Below are positions 50,758-63,384 of a stretch of 64,000 nt of DNA, in pieces (position 1 is the first letter of the stretch; each line of letters starts with the position of its first letter). Under the pieces are notes generated by a model that did no database searches, was not told the origin of the DNA, and saw only the letters and a list, made by a program, of their open reading frames with translations. The position numbers and the translations under genes were made by a program. The stretch spans positions 496,001-560,000 of the forward strand of contig ML978135.1 of NCBI GenBank assembly GCA_010015805.1, given 5' to 3'. Origin of the DNA: Rhizodiscina lignyota. Its lineage: Eukaryota.

Positions 50758-52241
50758 TTAGACAACCTCCATCTTGTCCAAAACAGCCCTGGTGAACTCG
50801 TGAGTTGTTGCAGTGCCACCCATATCCCTCGTTCGTGTCTTGCCATCACCGATCACGCCATATACAGCCTTCGCGATGCGGTTCGCATGATCGTCGAGTC
50901 CAATATGTCTCAGCAACATACTGCCGCTCAGAATCAACGCGCTTGGGTTCGCCTGGTCCTTTCCCTTGATGTCAAGACCCACGTGACGACAGCCTGGCTC
51001 GAAGACAGAGACGTCGCGGCCCATGTTGCAGCCGGGGACGATACCGGGTCCACCAACGAGGCCAGCTCCAATGTTGGACAAGATACCGCCGTACAAGTTT
51101 GGCATGACCATCACGTCGAACTGCTGTGGTCTTGAGACACACTGCATCGAGGCGTTATCGACAATCATGTCATTAGTCTCCAGAGTCGGATAATCTTCTG
51201 CGACCTTCTTGAACGTGTTGCGGAAGAGACCATCGGCAAGCTTCATAATGTTTGCCTTGTGGATGCAAGTGACCTTCTTCCTGTTGTTGGCCAGGGCAAA
51301 TGCAAATGCAAACTTGGCGATACGCTCGCTCTTGGCACGTGTGATGATCTTCAGAGACTCGACGACACCAGCGACTGATTGATGTTCTAGGCCAGAGTAC
51401 TCTCCTTCGGTATTCTCACGGATAATGCAGATATCAATGTTCTTGTGGCGGGTCTCATATCCTGGGATGTTCTTGATGAGGACGATGGAGGCATAGATGT
51501 CGAGCTCCTGACGTAGAGCCACATTGAAGGACTGGTGACCAGAGCGCTCGACAGGCGTGTGGAGGATACCTAAGGCAGAATGTCAGTATTTGTTTATGAA
51601 GCATAACGTAAGCGTCTGAGCTTCGACTTCCATTCGGCCGATCCCGGAATCGATTTCGAGGAGTGCAGAATGAGTAGCAAAGCTTCCTCTTACCTTTCAG
51701 ACCAAGCTTATTGCGCTTAAGAGAAGCTATCGACTCGCGGAAGAGCTCTTCAGAGTGCTTGTCGCCAGTTTCCATACCGGAGACGTCGACTTGTTCCCAC
51801 TCAATGGGCACATTGTCTGCCTTGAAGATTTCCTTGACCGACTCGGACACTTCTGCACCAATACCATCACCTAGCATAATCTGTCAAAACTGTATTCTGA
51901 GACGCGAGATCGGACAATGTGAAGGTCGTACCAGGAATTAGAGTGACCGTGTATTTGCCGCCGAACTTCGTAGGTTTGAAGATGTCGGATTGTATGGTAG
52001 CGTACGCTGTCTCAGTAGTTAGTACGATGCTTCCTTTCTAAGATCCTTCTCAAGACAATGAACTCATACATCTGGCGGCAATCGAGGGGTTCGCTATGCA
52101 TCGCGATAGTGGCTTCGCGCCCCGCAGCAGGCTCTGATTATAGTGTCAGCGTAATGCTCCCACAGCTCAATTGACGATTCGCATAAGACGCAATTGAAAG
52201 AGACTGACCTTGGCCGCCATCCTAGAGCTGACTGGCAGCAT
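50758..52241 (-). CDS. IDH1: Mitochondrial NAD-dependent isocitrate dehydrogenase subunit 1; multi-exon
   Basis: 'FGGKYTVTLIP|GDGIG', 'SFNVALRQELDIYAS', 'IIRENTEGEYSGLEH', 'CIHKANIMKLADGLF', 'MPNLYGGILSN' and 'FEPGCRHVG'. Confidence 0.96.
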
Positions 52242-53651
52242 GTCGAGAGCTTGCGCGGCAAGAGGTTGGTGAAGTTGAGATGAAAAGGCGGGATGGGAGC
52301 TGCAGGAAGCTTCGCTTTGATGCAATTGCTTTTTGCGTGTCAGGGATGCGTTCAAAATGTCCGAATTTTAGCCGACATTCGACAGCGTCATCTTGCATAT
52401 CCACTTTTCAACAACATCTCTTGCGAGAGATTAGTAGGATTGCGCTTCTCCGCCCGACTTTTGTATGCTGCAAGTGATAATCGGATAGCACTATCAATCG
52501 AGGCGGAGTAGTCGTTTCATACCTCTCTATTCGCAATACAGCTTCCGATTAGGACCCGCAAGAGCTGCGAAAAATATTCAACTTGTTTCGCTCTATTCGT
52601 GAGCTGCTGCCTACGTTTAATATGGTTTTTCTTCTCATTGTTGGACATTTCTATTTGCCTTGTTTCTGATACGTGTATTCAAGGATCTTATTTCTCATCA
52701 TGGCCATGCGTAAATGCCTCAACCGTTCCGCTGCGTAACATTTGCTTGCAGGGCGTTTGTGTGGAAGATATTGAACGCACTGGGCATCTCTCACAACCTT
52801 TCTGTTTGTGTAAAGAAGCAAACAGCATTTTCCTATGAAATCAGCTACCATGGCTCCAATATTTTAGAGGCGGCGCGCTGGGGCTTGGAAAAGCTCTGCG
52901 TGGTGCAGGCGGATGATAATGAGGACCACTCCGCGCTCACCCCTCTCGCAAGGAGCGGTACATTATGCAACTAAGAAACGCTCCTGATCCCTTTTCTGCC
53001 AATTGAAACTAATTGCTTATTCCGCTGGTCACTAAAACCTTCACAGTTTGTTATGCGAGTGTCCCCAGGCCCTGGGAATAGGCGCCTGAGCGTTGAATGT
53101 GTCGTACCACAACGGCAATGGCTCATAGTCGTTGAAACTTCACCACGAGGGAGGACATCCACCGCCTCCGTAGCGAATGAGTTTCTTCGAATGGCCATTG
53201 CGGGTGATGTGCATGGTTGTGTGTCGTCTCCAGCGTTTCTTCACCTCAGCACCGACACTGCATTTTGGTGATGAGCATCATGTATAAATTCTTGATTACT
53301 CTTGACTTCCTCTTTTCCTTTTCCTTCTTCTCTACAGCTTCTACCCCGGACAAGCACTTTCGACTCCGACTTTCCAACGCCGTTTCGATCTCGCAGCCGG
53401 CACCGCAGCCACCGACTTTGAGAATAAGTTTGTCTAAGATCCATTCGCCAACCTGAAAGCTTTGCAGTCGTCAGATACAAACATCCTGCAACGTCTAGCA
53501 TTTCCGACACAGATTTTTAAGCCCATTTCGATCCCGCCGCCAGGACTCCTAGCAGCATCGGCCCATCAAGAGCCTTCGCTGGGCACTTCATACAAGCATT
53601 CGAGCCTTCAGCCAGTACTTCCCAACATTATCGAACATATAAGCACCGACC

Positions 53652-55001
53652 ATGGCCAATATCGAGTCCCTGTCGTCGCTATCTGACTTGGAGGTGATCC
53701 AGCACGCTCTAGGTCTCTCTGTGTCGAACGTTAACGTTCCAAGCACCCCACTCGATTGTGTTATCGTAGTGGCAGATGTGGAATCTAACGAACGCAATCA
53801 TGAGCAGCTCCTCGAATGGGGCCAATTCGTGATAGATTCGTCGAACATCGATGATGTTCATCTCGACCAGGCCGATGCGGAACTTCTCCGTTGCGGAGAG
53901 GCTCGTCATTATCGAATTAAGGAGAATGCGCACATCACCAACCGCAGATATGTGCAGGGCTGCCCAGAGAAGTACCTCTTCGGTAAGACGGAGTGGGTAT
54001 CCAACGAAGAGTTAGCTGTGATGCTCCAGGAGCTGCTTGGCCAAAAGGACTCGAAGGGGAATCCGCGTCTAGTTCTTTTTGTTGCCCACGACACCAACCA
54101 TGAGGTAAGGATGCTGAAGCAGGTGCTTGGAGACAAGTTTGCACAGTACCAGGAGAACATGCGCATCTTGGATACACAGAAAATGGCATCGTCATTGGGG
54201 TATGGACACCAAGTCGGTTTACAGAACTTACTGGGATATCTTGATATACCCTTTAGCAATCTCCATAACGGTGGAAACGACGCCTTCTACGAAGCTGTTG
54301 CTGCAATCACGATGGCTGTTTTCTCTTCACAGCTGGATTGTCGTTCTCCCACGGATTCCGCGTCCGAACACACTACGGGAAACACGAATAGCAGCTCTGA
54401 AGAGAATACCTCTTCTTCATCTTCTGATGACAGCCCTGGTGGGGTTTCTGTCACAACATTGACGACTTCCGTTTCCGCCATTACGACCGGATCGATGACA
54501 TTGACAATCACAATCGATGAAGCGATCAAGATGAAGATCGCGAATGCTGCCGCCAGCCCGTTACCAGCGACCCATGGCAGCTTCGTCTACTGCAGCCGCT
54601 GCGCATCGGCGGAGCACAGCGCTGGTGAGTGTCCCTGCAAATCACACCAATGTAGCAATTGCTACAGCAAGGGTCACACCGCGAAGGTCTGCGGTATCCC
54701 GGAAGCGGTCGTCGGAAAGGTCCGCGCCACCAACATCGAGAAATTTGGTGCACCGCGGAAGTGCAATGGGTGCGGCGAGTTGGGTCACGCTGCTCGGAAC
54801 TGCATAGACTCAGAGTACATCCTCAAAGAGCCTTTCCGTCGCGGTACTTATGGAGGGGCGCCAAAGCCGACCTCTCACCGCCCTCGCTACAATGGTGGTG
54901 CAGCTCAGCAGCAGCCGCAAGGCCACCCTACTGGTATCGTTGGTCGTGGTGGTCGGGTTTACGATACTAATCGAGTCTTCAATGTTGGCAAGACCCTATA
55001 G
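53652..55001 (+). CDS. DEDDh 3'-5' exonuclease (QIP/Gfd2-like) fused to three CCHC zinc knuckles
   Basis: 'VVADVESNE', 'HYRIKEN..ITNRRYVQGCPEKYLFG.TEWV', 'FVAHD', 'ILDTQ' and 'LHNGGNDA'. CX2CX4HX4C knuckles: CSRCASAEHSAGEC, CSNCYSKGHTAKVC and CNGCGELGHAARNC. Confidence 0.85.
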   Translation: MANIESLSSLSDLEVIQHALGLSVSNVNVPSTPLDCVIVVADVESNERNHEQLLEWGQFVIDSSNIDDVHLDQADAELLRCGEARHYRIKENAHITNRRYVQGCPEKYLFGKTEWVSNEELAVMLQELLGQKDSKGNPRLVLFVAHDTNHEVRMLKQVLGDKFAQYQENMRILDTQKMASSLGYGHQVGLQNLLGYLDIPFSNLHNGGNDAFYEAVAAITMAVFSSQLDCRSPTDSASEHTTGNTNSSSEENTSSSSSDDSPGGVSVTTLTTSVSAITTGSMTLTITIDEAIKMKIANAAASPLPATHGSFVYCSRCASAEHSAGECPCKSHQCSNCYSKGHTAKVCGIPEAVVGKVRATNIEKFGAPRKCNGCGELGHAARNCIDSEYILKEPFRRGTYGGAPKPTSHRPRYNGGAAQQQPQGHPTGIVGRGGRVYDTNRVFNVGKTL

Positions 55002-56418
55002 AGAGTGTGGCAGAGTGAGCATTTTAGTGGAATTGCAGTGTTTTCTTTTCATTGTGTTGGACATGTTCTCTGTTTCCTTTGTCTGTTTGCGCGTCGGCAG
55101 GGACTACTACCGCGCGAGAGAATGAAATACAAAGGCCTCAATCACTTGAGAGCTTTCTTGAATCAAGCCTCCAAACTACTCAATGTTTATCATTACGAAC
55201 AAATGAGTCTAAACATCGATGCGTAACAATGAACGGGTTTTCAATGATAGTTGTACATGTCGCTCAGGTACATTGCAGATTTTGGTGCCACGATAAGGAT
55301 ATTTTACAGTTGTTTCTCGAAACTATCATCATTACACTTGCTGTACATAAACGCCTTCTAGATAGACCAATGCTTCTTAACCGTAACATCGTACTGTTGA
55401 CACCAATTGTCATCATATCACGGCCATGACAAGGTGCATGGGCTCAACTCCTGCAAAAGAATTGCCAACGTCCGGAGGGTCATCGAGGTCTTCCCAAAAG
55501 GTTCGTTTCTCGCGGTCAAAAAGGTGCGCGAGGAGTTCGATGGCCTTTCCAGAAAGTCCCTTCACTCTTTTAAACCCGCACCAACCGGCTTCGGTGGACG
55601 TCTCGTTGCAGAAAGGTACGGCTGCCTCCTCATCCAACATCGACCGACGATCACTAGAATATATAATAACACACTCTCACAGTTCACAGCCCTTTCTAAG
55701 CGTGACGCGTGTAATAAAGAAATGAGGCAGTGCAGAGATTGTGGATCAGATTATGGTATCAAGAAATTTCCCCTTTCGGCGTGTCGGCCATTTTCCGCAC
55801 TCGTTTCATCGCGTCACATTTGCTGATTCCCCTTTCCACATTCCACAGCTTCCTCAACCCACTTCATCATTTAAAGATTGTTCTTTCTCTCTTCTTCAGT
55901 TCTATATGAATTAGAATGTCTGCTCATTGCCTTCACAATGGGGGTGGAAAAGTGACCGTACACTTTCGAATGCAAACCCGATCAGCGGATGACAAACAAT
56001 CGTATTCTCAATCGATCATCAGTACCTTGAAATAGGCATCCCTGAAACGCCTATTTCGTCGCCAAGGGAAACAGATCATCGAGGAAGGATCGAGTTCCCG
56101 AGCGCCGCGCGTCTACTCCGTCGGACCGTTCTCCACTATCCACTGCAAGGCAGCTTTTGCCCAGTACTTCGTATCCTGAGACACGACATTGGTTTGCCAG
56201 GCCCGATTCCACGATCTGCATATAAGAGCCAGGCACCAGCTTTCTCTCAGCTCTTATTGGCTGACAGATCTGGGGAGGGTAAGACTAAACGCTGTTTCTA
56301 CATTGTACCACTACTTTTAGAGTACATGTCCCGCACACCTTTTGTTTACTTCCTCTCACTTCCAGTTCCCATGAAACTTGAACCTCTGTCACGCTCATAA
56401 TAAAGAAATTCAACCAAG

Positions 56419-57717
56419 ATGCTCTCGAATGCACCCGCTCGCTTTCTGCGCGGCTTGAATTGCGTCCTCTTTCTCATCTCCGTCGCCTTGCTTGTGCCCT
56501 ATGGCGTCGTGTCCGCTAAGGAGTACTCTTGGTACTACCACTCTTCTGCCAACTTGTTCCCGACTCTTGGTGTGATACCATCATTCGTCTCGGCTATCTC
56601 ATCCTCTTTCATTCTCACGCAAGGCGGAGATCCAGCATTATGGCCAAATTGGTGGTTGATGCTCAGCTTTGTTGCGGACTTTATCCTATCTGGAGGATTT
56701 TTGGGAATCATCATCGCGTCGTATGCCCTGCTAAGGCAGAATCGCAGCGAGGACTTGATCATCCTCGGTGTCCATGGAACTGTTCTTCTCTTAATTCAAC
56801 TGTACCGCCCCTCAAGAGCTTCTATTCTACCCCACTAGCTAATCTCCGTGTAGCCTTATACACGTCTACCTTGCGGGCACCACACTCTTCCAACTCGGTA
56901 GCCGAAGCGGCCCTTGCCCTCACTGCGGTCACGAAACCTCATGCAATGCGGCTATCACCAGCTTCAAATGTTTCTATAATCCTCTCCGACGCGATCGTGG
57001 TGACGATCCCGAGGCTTGCAGGAATATCAGGGGATCACCGTCTCGAATCGGACTGCCTCTGACCCCTCCGGCTCTAGAGGACTTCCAGCTTTCGAAAGCT
57101 GTCAAGAAACTTCGCTTGTACACTTGCATCATTGCATTTGCCTTCTCACCGACATTCATCATACCACGGGTGCTGGTATTTCTCGCTACGCTTGCGCCAT
57201 TACTCACGTCGGCATTCTTCTGCCTAATCATGACGACGAATCCGGCCAAGAAAGCCGTGGCTAAGAACCCGGCGCTGTACTGGTCCGTCGTTGTTGCGGA
57301 TCTGCTTATCGGGCTAGGCAATATCGCAATGACAGTGATCTTAATCATCGCCGCAAGAAATGCCCACCCGGGAAGCTTTGGCGTCATGTTTGTTGGGTAA
57401 GCGGTTACCCATGCTGCGATTCTGAAGCGAGGATACAGGAGCTGATATAGATAACCTGCAGATTTTGTCATCTTTTCCTTGCTGGAAAGGCAACCAAAGA
57501 CGCAGTGCAAGCCAAACGACGCCAACAGTCCGGCTCGCCATCAATGAGTCTGTATGAAGAGCCACCCGCAATCAACTACACCGATAATGAAACTTCAGGC
57601 AATAAAAGCCCTCCCATGCAGGGTGCATCACCGAAACCAATAGAGACTCCTGCGGAGATTCCGGAAGAGAGACCGTCAATGGAGGCTACGGAGGATCAGA
57701 GGCTGCTGGATTCGTAG
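56419..57717 (+). CDS. Hypothetical multi-pass membrane protein with two similar hydrophobic halves
   Basis: The exon from 56419 splices near 56802-56853 into a frame (LIHVYLAG...CPHCG...) continuous with ORF 57116. Both halves contain a 'PAL.W...VAD' motif. The 3' exon is uncertain. Confidence 0.6.
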
Positions 57718-58009
57718 ACAATGAATGGCCCTCGAGTGGGCTAACGTAACGATGTGGAATGAGTGGCAAAGGGCACCTTGATGACACATCATAGAATTGG
57801 ACACGGGTTTGATGTAAACTGAGAATTTGTTCTCTTTTACTGGAGACACACTCCTCCTGCTGTCACTCAACCTTAAAGCTGTAAGCGGCGTCCGATTGTC
57901 GCTGCTCTTCAGAACGAGATTGTATACATCTGTAAATTGGTGTCTTCCTTGGGGTCGGAACGGAACTATGTAGCGCTTTATATAGCATATATTCACTCTT
58001 TTGAACATC

Positions 58010-59096
58010 TTACAGCTTGCCACTGTTGGCCTTTCTCCTTGACCTCCACCCGGTCAAAGTCGCACCACCATCGATCTCGAAGACCCCACCGGTCATGTGC
58101 GCGGCCCCATAGCTGCTAAGGAAAAGAACCAAGCCGGCAAAGTCTGACGGTTTGCCGATGCGGCCAGTGGGCTGGCCTGCAACAAGAGTGTCCAGGTATT
58201 TCTGGACGCCGAATCGTGTCATGCGGGACGGGAAAACACCACTGTGACAGCTGAGCGATAGTGCATAGACTGTGTGCAGGAGATACTTACGGGCAGATAC
58301 AGTTGACCATGACATTGAGAGGAGCGAGTTTCGAAGCCTGCATCTTGGAGAGGTGGATACATGCCGCCTTGGAAGGGCCGTAGCTGAAGGTACCGTGGCC
58401 AGGAGCTGACAGACCTCCCTCATCGCCGGTAGTAACATCGGTCGTCTGGATGCCAGCCATGGATGCGATGTTGATAACTCGGGATGGCATATCGGGGCTT
58501 GTGCCCTTCACGAGGAGAGGGTGGAGACCAACGGTCACTGGTCGAGCTGTTAGATACGCATTCCAGAATACATAAGCGGATCTTACTGTAGAAGATCGAC
58601 TTGACGTTCAACGCCATGAGTTTGTCCCAGCCCATCTCTGGGAAGTCATCGTAGGGTCCACCCCTGCAAATCTGGTCAGCAAGCTGCGTGAAGAGTCTGA
58701 AGCAGTAACATACCAAGTCGCGCCAGTGTTGTTTATTAAAACCGTCAACCGGTCTGTCCTCTTCTTCACCTCAGCCACCAGAGCATCACATCCTGCCTTA
58801 TCCTTTAGATCCCCGACTATATACTCGCACGTGCCCGGGCCGAGCTTGTTGATGCGCTCCGAAGTCTGACGCGAATCTGTTAGAAGAGCCGCGATGTAAG
58901 ACGGTCGCACCTCAGTTCATACCTTCTTGAGTTCTGACTCCTTCCGACTCGCGATGTATACCTTTGCTCCATTCTGAACGAATGCTTGCGCCGCCATCTC
59001 TCCTAAGCCGGTAGCCCCACCAGTAACGAGACAGACATGGTTCTTGAAGTCGAACAGGGAGGAGACACTGAGATCTTGCTCTGCGGGGGAAGTCAT
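58010..59096 (-). CDS. Short-chain dehydrogenase/reductase (RhlG/FabG-like); multi-exon
   Basis: 'VTGGATGLG', 'LINNTG', 'VINIAS', catalytic YGPSK, 'VNCICP|GVFPSRMT' and 'IDGG'. Confidence 0.92.
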
Positions 59097-59746
59097 GATG
59101 GCGGAAGATATGCTCTGGTCTATTACCTCTGTTCAATCGGTCATGTAAAGTATATGCGGAAAAATTTCACGAGTTTTGTGGTCTTGATATCAGAGAAGCC
59201 ACAAAGCGGAGGTGCTGTCCCATTTCGGTAGGCCTCGGCTCTCTGCGGTGTTCTGCTGGGTAAACTCCACACACAAACATGCACGACAAATCAATTTGCC
59301 TTTTCCCATAGATACAACTCTGATCAAGTAGAAAGTAACTCCCCGATCTTCAAGCCAAACTGATGCCTCGAACTCCATGGAAATAAGACTTCTCCGGAGT
59401 CATCGCAGCTAATGTGTCTTTTAGAAAGCAGCCAAATCGACGCTCAACATGACGTACCGAAGCAAGCCAAACGTCTTGAGAACCGCTAAAGCCTCCCTGG
59501 TGCACATTTCTTGCAAAACAGCAGTTCTGCAATAGGAAGAGAATGACGGTCGATCCTTAACGAATTGCACCGAATTACGAGAGTGTTTCGAGGTTTGGCG
59601 GAGTTAAGAAAAAATATCCTCGTCGTCAGAGTCTTGTCGCTGACAAAGTTTTCGTGTTACATCAAGTACTTATACGACTCCAAGGCAAGGAGGTTTGAGC
59701 ATTGCATTCCAGCAGTTCTTTTATTCTAATTGCGTTGGATCTCAAA

Positions 59747-60739
59747 ATGCCTTCCAAAGTTTCTATTCTGATATTGGGCGCCGGCGAGCTAGGGATGGCC
59801 ATGCTCCGTGCCTTCAGCATGCGAAACGAGCCGAGCTGGGAGATCACTGTGCTTCTGCGCCCAGAGACGGCAAATCTTCCGCAGCAGGCTCCAAAGATTG
59901 CACCAATATATGCACTGCCCGGAGATGTCAAAATCTTGCCGTGTGACCTCCTCGAATCGTCACAATCGGAACTAGCTTCAGAGTTTAAGCGTTTCGACGT
60001 CATCGTGGGTTGCACAGGGTACGATCAGAACAGTGCAGGGACCGGTGCAGGCCTCCAAAGAAAGATTGCAAATGCAGTTCTCGAAGCCGAAACAGTGAAG
60101 CTTTACCTACCATGGCAGTTTGGTGTTGAGTACGACCTCTTTGGTCATGGAGATGCCGGCGGCCTATTCGACGAACAGAAAGATATCAGGAAGCTGCTCC
60201 GTGAAGCAGTAGCAAGCGGGCGGACGAAGACTGAGTGGATCATTGTGAGCACGGGTATCTTCATGAGCTACCTCTTCTCTTCGTTTTGGGGAGTTGTAAC
60301 GAGGTCGGACAATGGAGATGGGTGGGTAGTCAATGCCCTCGGCTCGTGGGATGTCTCAACAACGGTGACCACTCCAGAAGACATCGGCACTGCAACAGCG
60401 GAGATCGTTTACACTGCATTGACCGACACACCAGAAGGGAATGAATTGAAGAACCGGGCTGTGTACATTGCTGGAGACACCGTCTCATACGCTCAGCTCA
60501 TTAACATTGTTCGGGACGCGACAGGCCAGCCGACACGAAAGGGAGAAGAGCTGAAAATCCCGCTACTGGAAGAACGCATGAAGCAAAAACCAGAAGACAT
60601 TCTTAACAAATATCGAGTTGCATTTGGACGAGGAAAAGGAGTTTCGTGGGATAAGGCGTCAACGTTTACGCATAAGCACGGGATCAGCGTTCAGGATGCC
60701 AGGAGCTGGGCGGCAGATCACCTGCGCGCTGACATGTAG
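59747..60739 (+). CDS. NmrA/isoflavone-reductase-like NAD(P)-binding protein
   Basis: 'ILILGAGELG', 'YLPWQFGVEYD', 'LFDEQ..IR', 'WIIVSTGIFMSYLF' and 'KYRVAFGRGKGVSW'. Confidence 0.88.
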   Translation: MPSKVSILILGAGELGMAMLRAFSMRNEPSWEITVLLRPETANLPQQAPKIAPIYALPGDVKILPCDLLESSQSELASEFKRFDVIVGCTGYDQNSAGTGAGLQRKIANAVLEAETVKLYLPWQFGVEYDLFGHGDAGGLFDEQKDIRKLLREAVASGRTKTEWIIVSTGIFMSYLFSSFWGVVTRSDNGDGWVVNALGSWDVSTTVTTPEDIGTATAEIVYTALTDTPEGNELKNRAVYIAGDTVSYAQLINIVRDATGQPTRKGEELKIPLLEERMKQKPEDILNKYRVAFGRGKGVSWDKASTFTHKHGISVQDARSWAADHLRADM

Positions 60740-61038
60740 TCTAAATCTGATTTTCTGGGCGAACGGCGTAAGCAAGTTACTGAGGCTCGAGCGATCGCTG
60801 TATGAAGCTCTGAAGTTCTCCTTTTCTTGGATGGAGTCCGCCAGAAATTCGAGTGGCTGGCAGGAGAGATCATCGTCGGCAAATCATTTGCGGCTTAGCG
60901 CCCGTGCCCAATTAAAGCCACACTCCTCAAGCGTGACCTCCAGTTCTGAAGATACCTCCTCCGTATTCATATCCTCTTCCCATCGCAATTGTTCTTCGTG
61001 ATCTGAGACCTTCTAATGCATATCGGACCAACGGGACC

Positions 61039-62723
61039 ATGACCTCTTGGATGAGCCGCGCGCGCGGCACGGGACGGGATGCAGGCCAGGGTCAGAGCTT
61101 AATGGACAGTCAGACGCTGCCAACTCCGGCATCATCGAATTACTATCCGTACTATCCACCGCGACCTCGGGACCCAAACGCGCCGGACCATCGCCTGCAG
61201 CTAAACAGCAAATGCATCTATGAGAGGAGCTTGCCGGGAGGGGCATACATCACCTGTCACATTGATCGACTCCAATGCGGATACTACGACTCTCCGAGTA
61301 TCCATGAAGACTTGATTGACCATGTCCGATTTCTCACGCTACACTTTGTTTTCCATCCGGCTTCGACAATCCATCGCTTTGTGAGTGCAACAATCCGGGC
61401 GTCAGTCCACAACAGCGAGGATTCAATTTCAAATGGCAGTCATGCAGGGGATGGGAGCCAGCACAACCGGCCTGAGTCTGCTCAAAAGAAGAAGCACAGT
61501 GGCCAGAATCCTTCTATCCTTCGCCATGCGCCACATCTGCTTTACGGGTCCATATCCCCGGAAACGCTTCAGTGGAATTTTAACCTTGCCGGGTCTCTGG
61601 GTGTGTCAGAAGGACCAGCAAATGCAAGTTTTAACCCCTCTGGAGGCTACAAAGGCAGCTATAAACTATACGAGATGATGCGCATCCAAGGCTCCTCACG
61701 CACTTGGACGGGTCGGGCCGGCCCGGAGGACGACGTGGAGGATGGAGAGGTTGTCTGGACTCTTGAGGAGAATAGACTTCAAAAGTCGGGGCTACCGCGA
61801 GAGTTCACATTTATCATACTCCTGAAGAAAGGCGAACCGGAGACAGACACGGTCTTCGACATACAGGTTGACCCAGTTATAAGTAACTGGGTTGGCAACT
61901 ATCCGATGTGGTATGTGAATTTGCTGCCTTATCAGCCATTGAGGAAGCCTCCTATAGACCTGGAGACTGAAATTGGACAAACATTCCAACCATGCCTTCC
62001 CGGAAGAGGATATAATTTTGCGAACCTCGCATCTTCGTTTGAAGATTTTGTTGCGCTCCCCGGCACAACGTACTCTTCGAGTGTGAGTGGGACTTTTGAT
62101 TAGACTCGGGCAGATCTAACAAGGAATAGGATAATCCCTCTGCGCTGCCTCAGAATGATAGTACCAAAACGCCGACAGCTGGTTCCTTGCAAAACAGCTT
62201 GGTCTTGGGACAAGCAACGAAGCAGCCCGGTCCGCAAGGCCAACAGCAAGGTCAAAGTAAGCCACAGGCTCAAGCGCAACAAGGCCAGTCTCAAGGACAG
62301 CAACCTCCAGCTCAGACACATACTCCAGAACAGCATCCACAAACAGCGCCTCCTCTATTTCCAAACAACACGCTCAACGTTCGGGTGACCATTGAGAAAC
62401 CAAGCTCGCCTCTCTACTCTCCAATCGAAGGCCTCCGCAGCCTTTCCGGTCGTAGTCCGGGAAGGACACATTCTCTTCGTCGCTCGAGGTCTCGAAATGG
62501 ATTGATGAAAGAATACGGCGCTGCCCAAGATGACGCGCTGTCGCATATTGCCCAAACAAACGCCACTGTCGGCGCCCGCGGCCCATTGCGAAGATCGTAC
62601 GCTGAGAAAATGAAAGACATGGAAATCTCGACGAAGGACGGGTATCGCGAGAAATACGGGCGACGAGCGACGCCGGAAAATCGCAAGTCGTATCCTTCAG
62701 GAAGGCCATTTAGCTCCGTGTGA
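61039..62723 (+). CDS. Conserved fungal hypothetical protein with Gln/Pro-rich C-terminal exon
   Basis: A 354-aa ORF ends at a GTGAGT donor near 62084, followed by a 178-aa low-complexity exon. Confidence 0.7.
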
Positions 62724-62732
62724 GCTCCGCAA

Positions 62733-63080
62733 CTAGAGATCGACGAGGAACTCACATGGCGGCCCGCGAGGAGCAAAAGTATCTGCCACCATCGCCATGG
62801 AAACTGGGTGCTCGAGACTCTCCGGAGGTTCTGCAGCAGCCCGGCATGCACATTTTTGGCATTCGCAAGTCCAAATATGATGCTGTCCCGAAGCATATTT
62901 TAGCGCTGCATCGGGATCTCCACTCGGACCTGTGCAGATAAGGCAAGACAGGCTCGAAAATGCCTCTTTCTTGACGACGTACGCTCCAGTTCGGTAGCAT
63001 TCAGGCCAGGATTTACATTGAACATTGGTCCGTGCGATGTGGATGCACGGGTGGTATACTCTTATGACTTCGAAGCACAT
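62733..63080 (-). CDS. Small Cys/His-rich hypothetical protein
   Basis: AACCATG start context; 'MCFEVIRVYHPCIH...C...C...CLIC' resembles a common fungal small Zn-binding N-terminal pattern. Confidence 0.4.
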   Translation of the reverse strand: MCFEVIRVYHPCIHIARTNVQCKSWPECYRTGAYVVKKEAFSSLSCLICTGPSGDPDAALKYASGQHHIWTCECQKCACRAAAEPPESLEHPVSMAMVADTFAPRGPPCEFLVDL

Positions 63081-63384
63081 GGTTTGATACCCTAGCGTTG
63101 GAGCTTTGCTGATCGATGTATAACAGGCGATGGCGTTTTCTGTACGGCACTCCGCAGAAGTTGAAATATTGTTAATTATTAGTCGGCGTGTACTTATAGC
63201 TTTTCTTCGAATACAAGCGCCTGTCGATCGTGACAGAGTAGAGTGACAAACTGTTGGAATTTTTTCTGAGTCCTTGTGACACCAAATCTACGGCGCTTAA
63301 AGGTACACTTGCGCAATGCTATGACTGTCCCATAAATACGAATGACAAATTGGCAAACCTTACAAGGGAAACTTCCTAAATCCT

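Noticed and set aside
55407..55826. Short ORFs between the exonuclease and the membrane protein gene
   Set aside because: No supportable family assignment or splice model.
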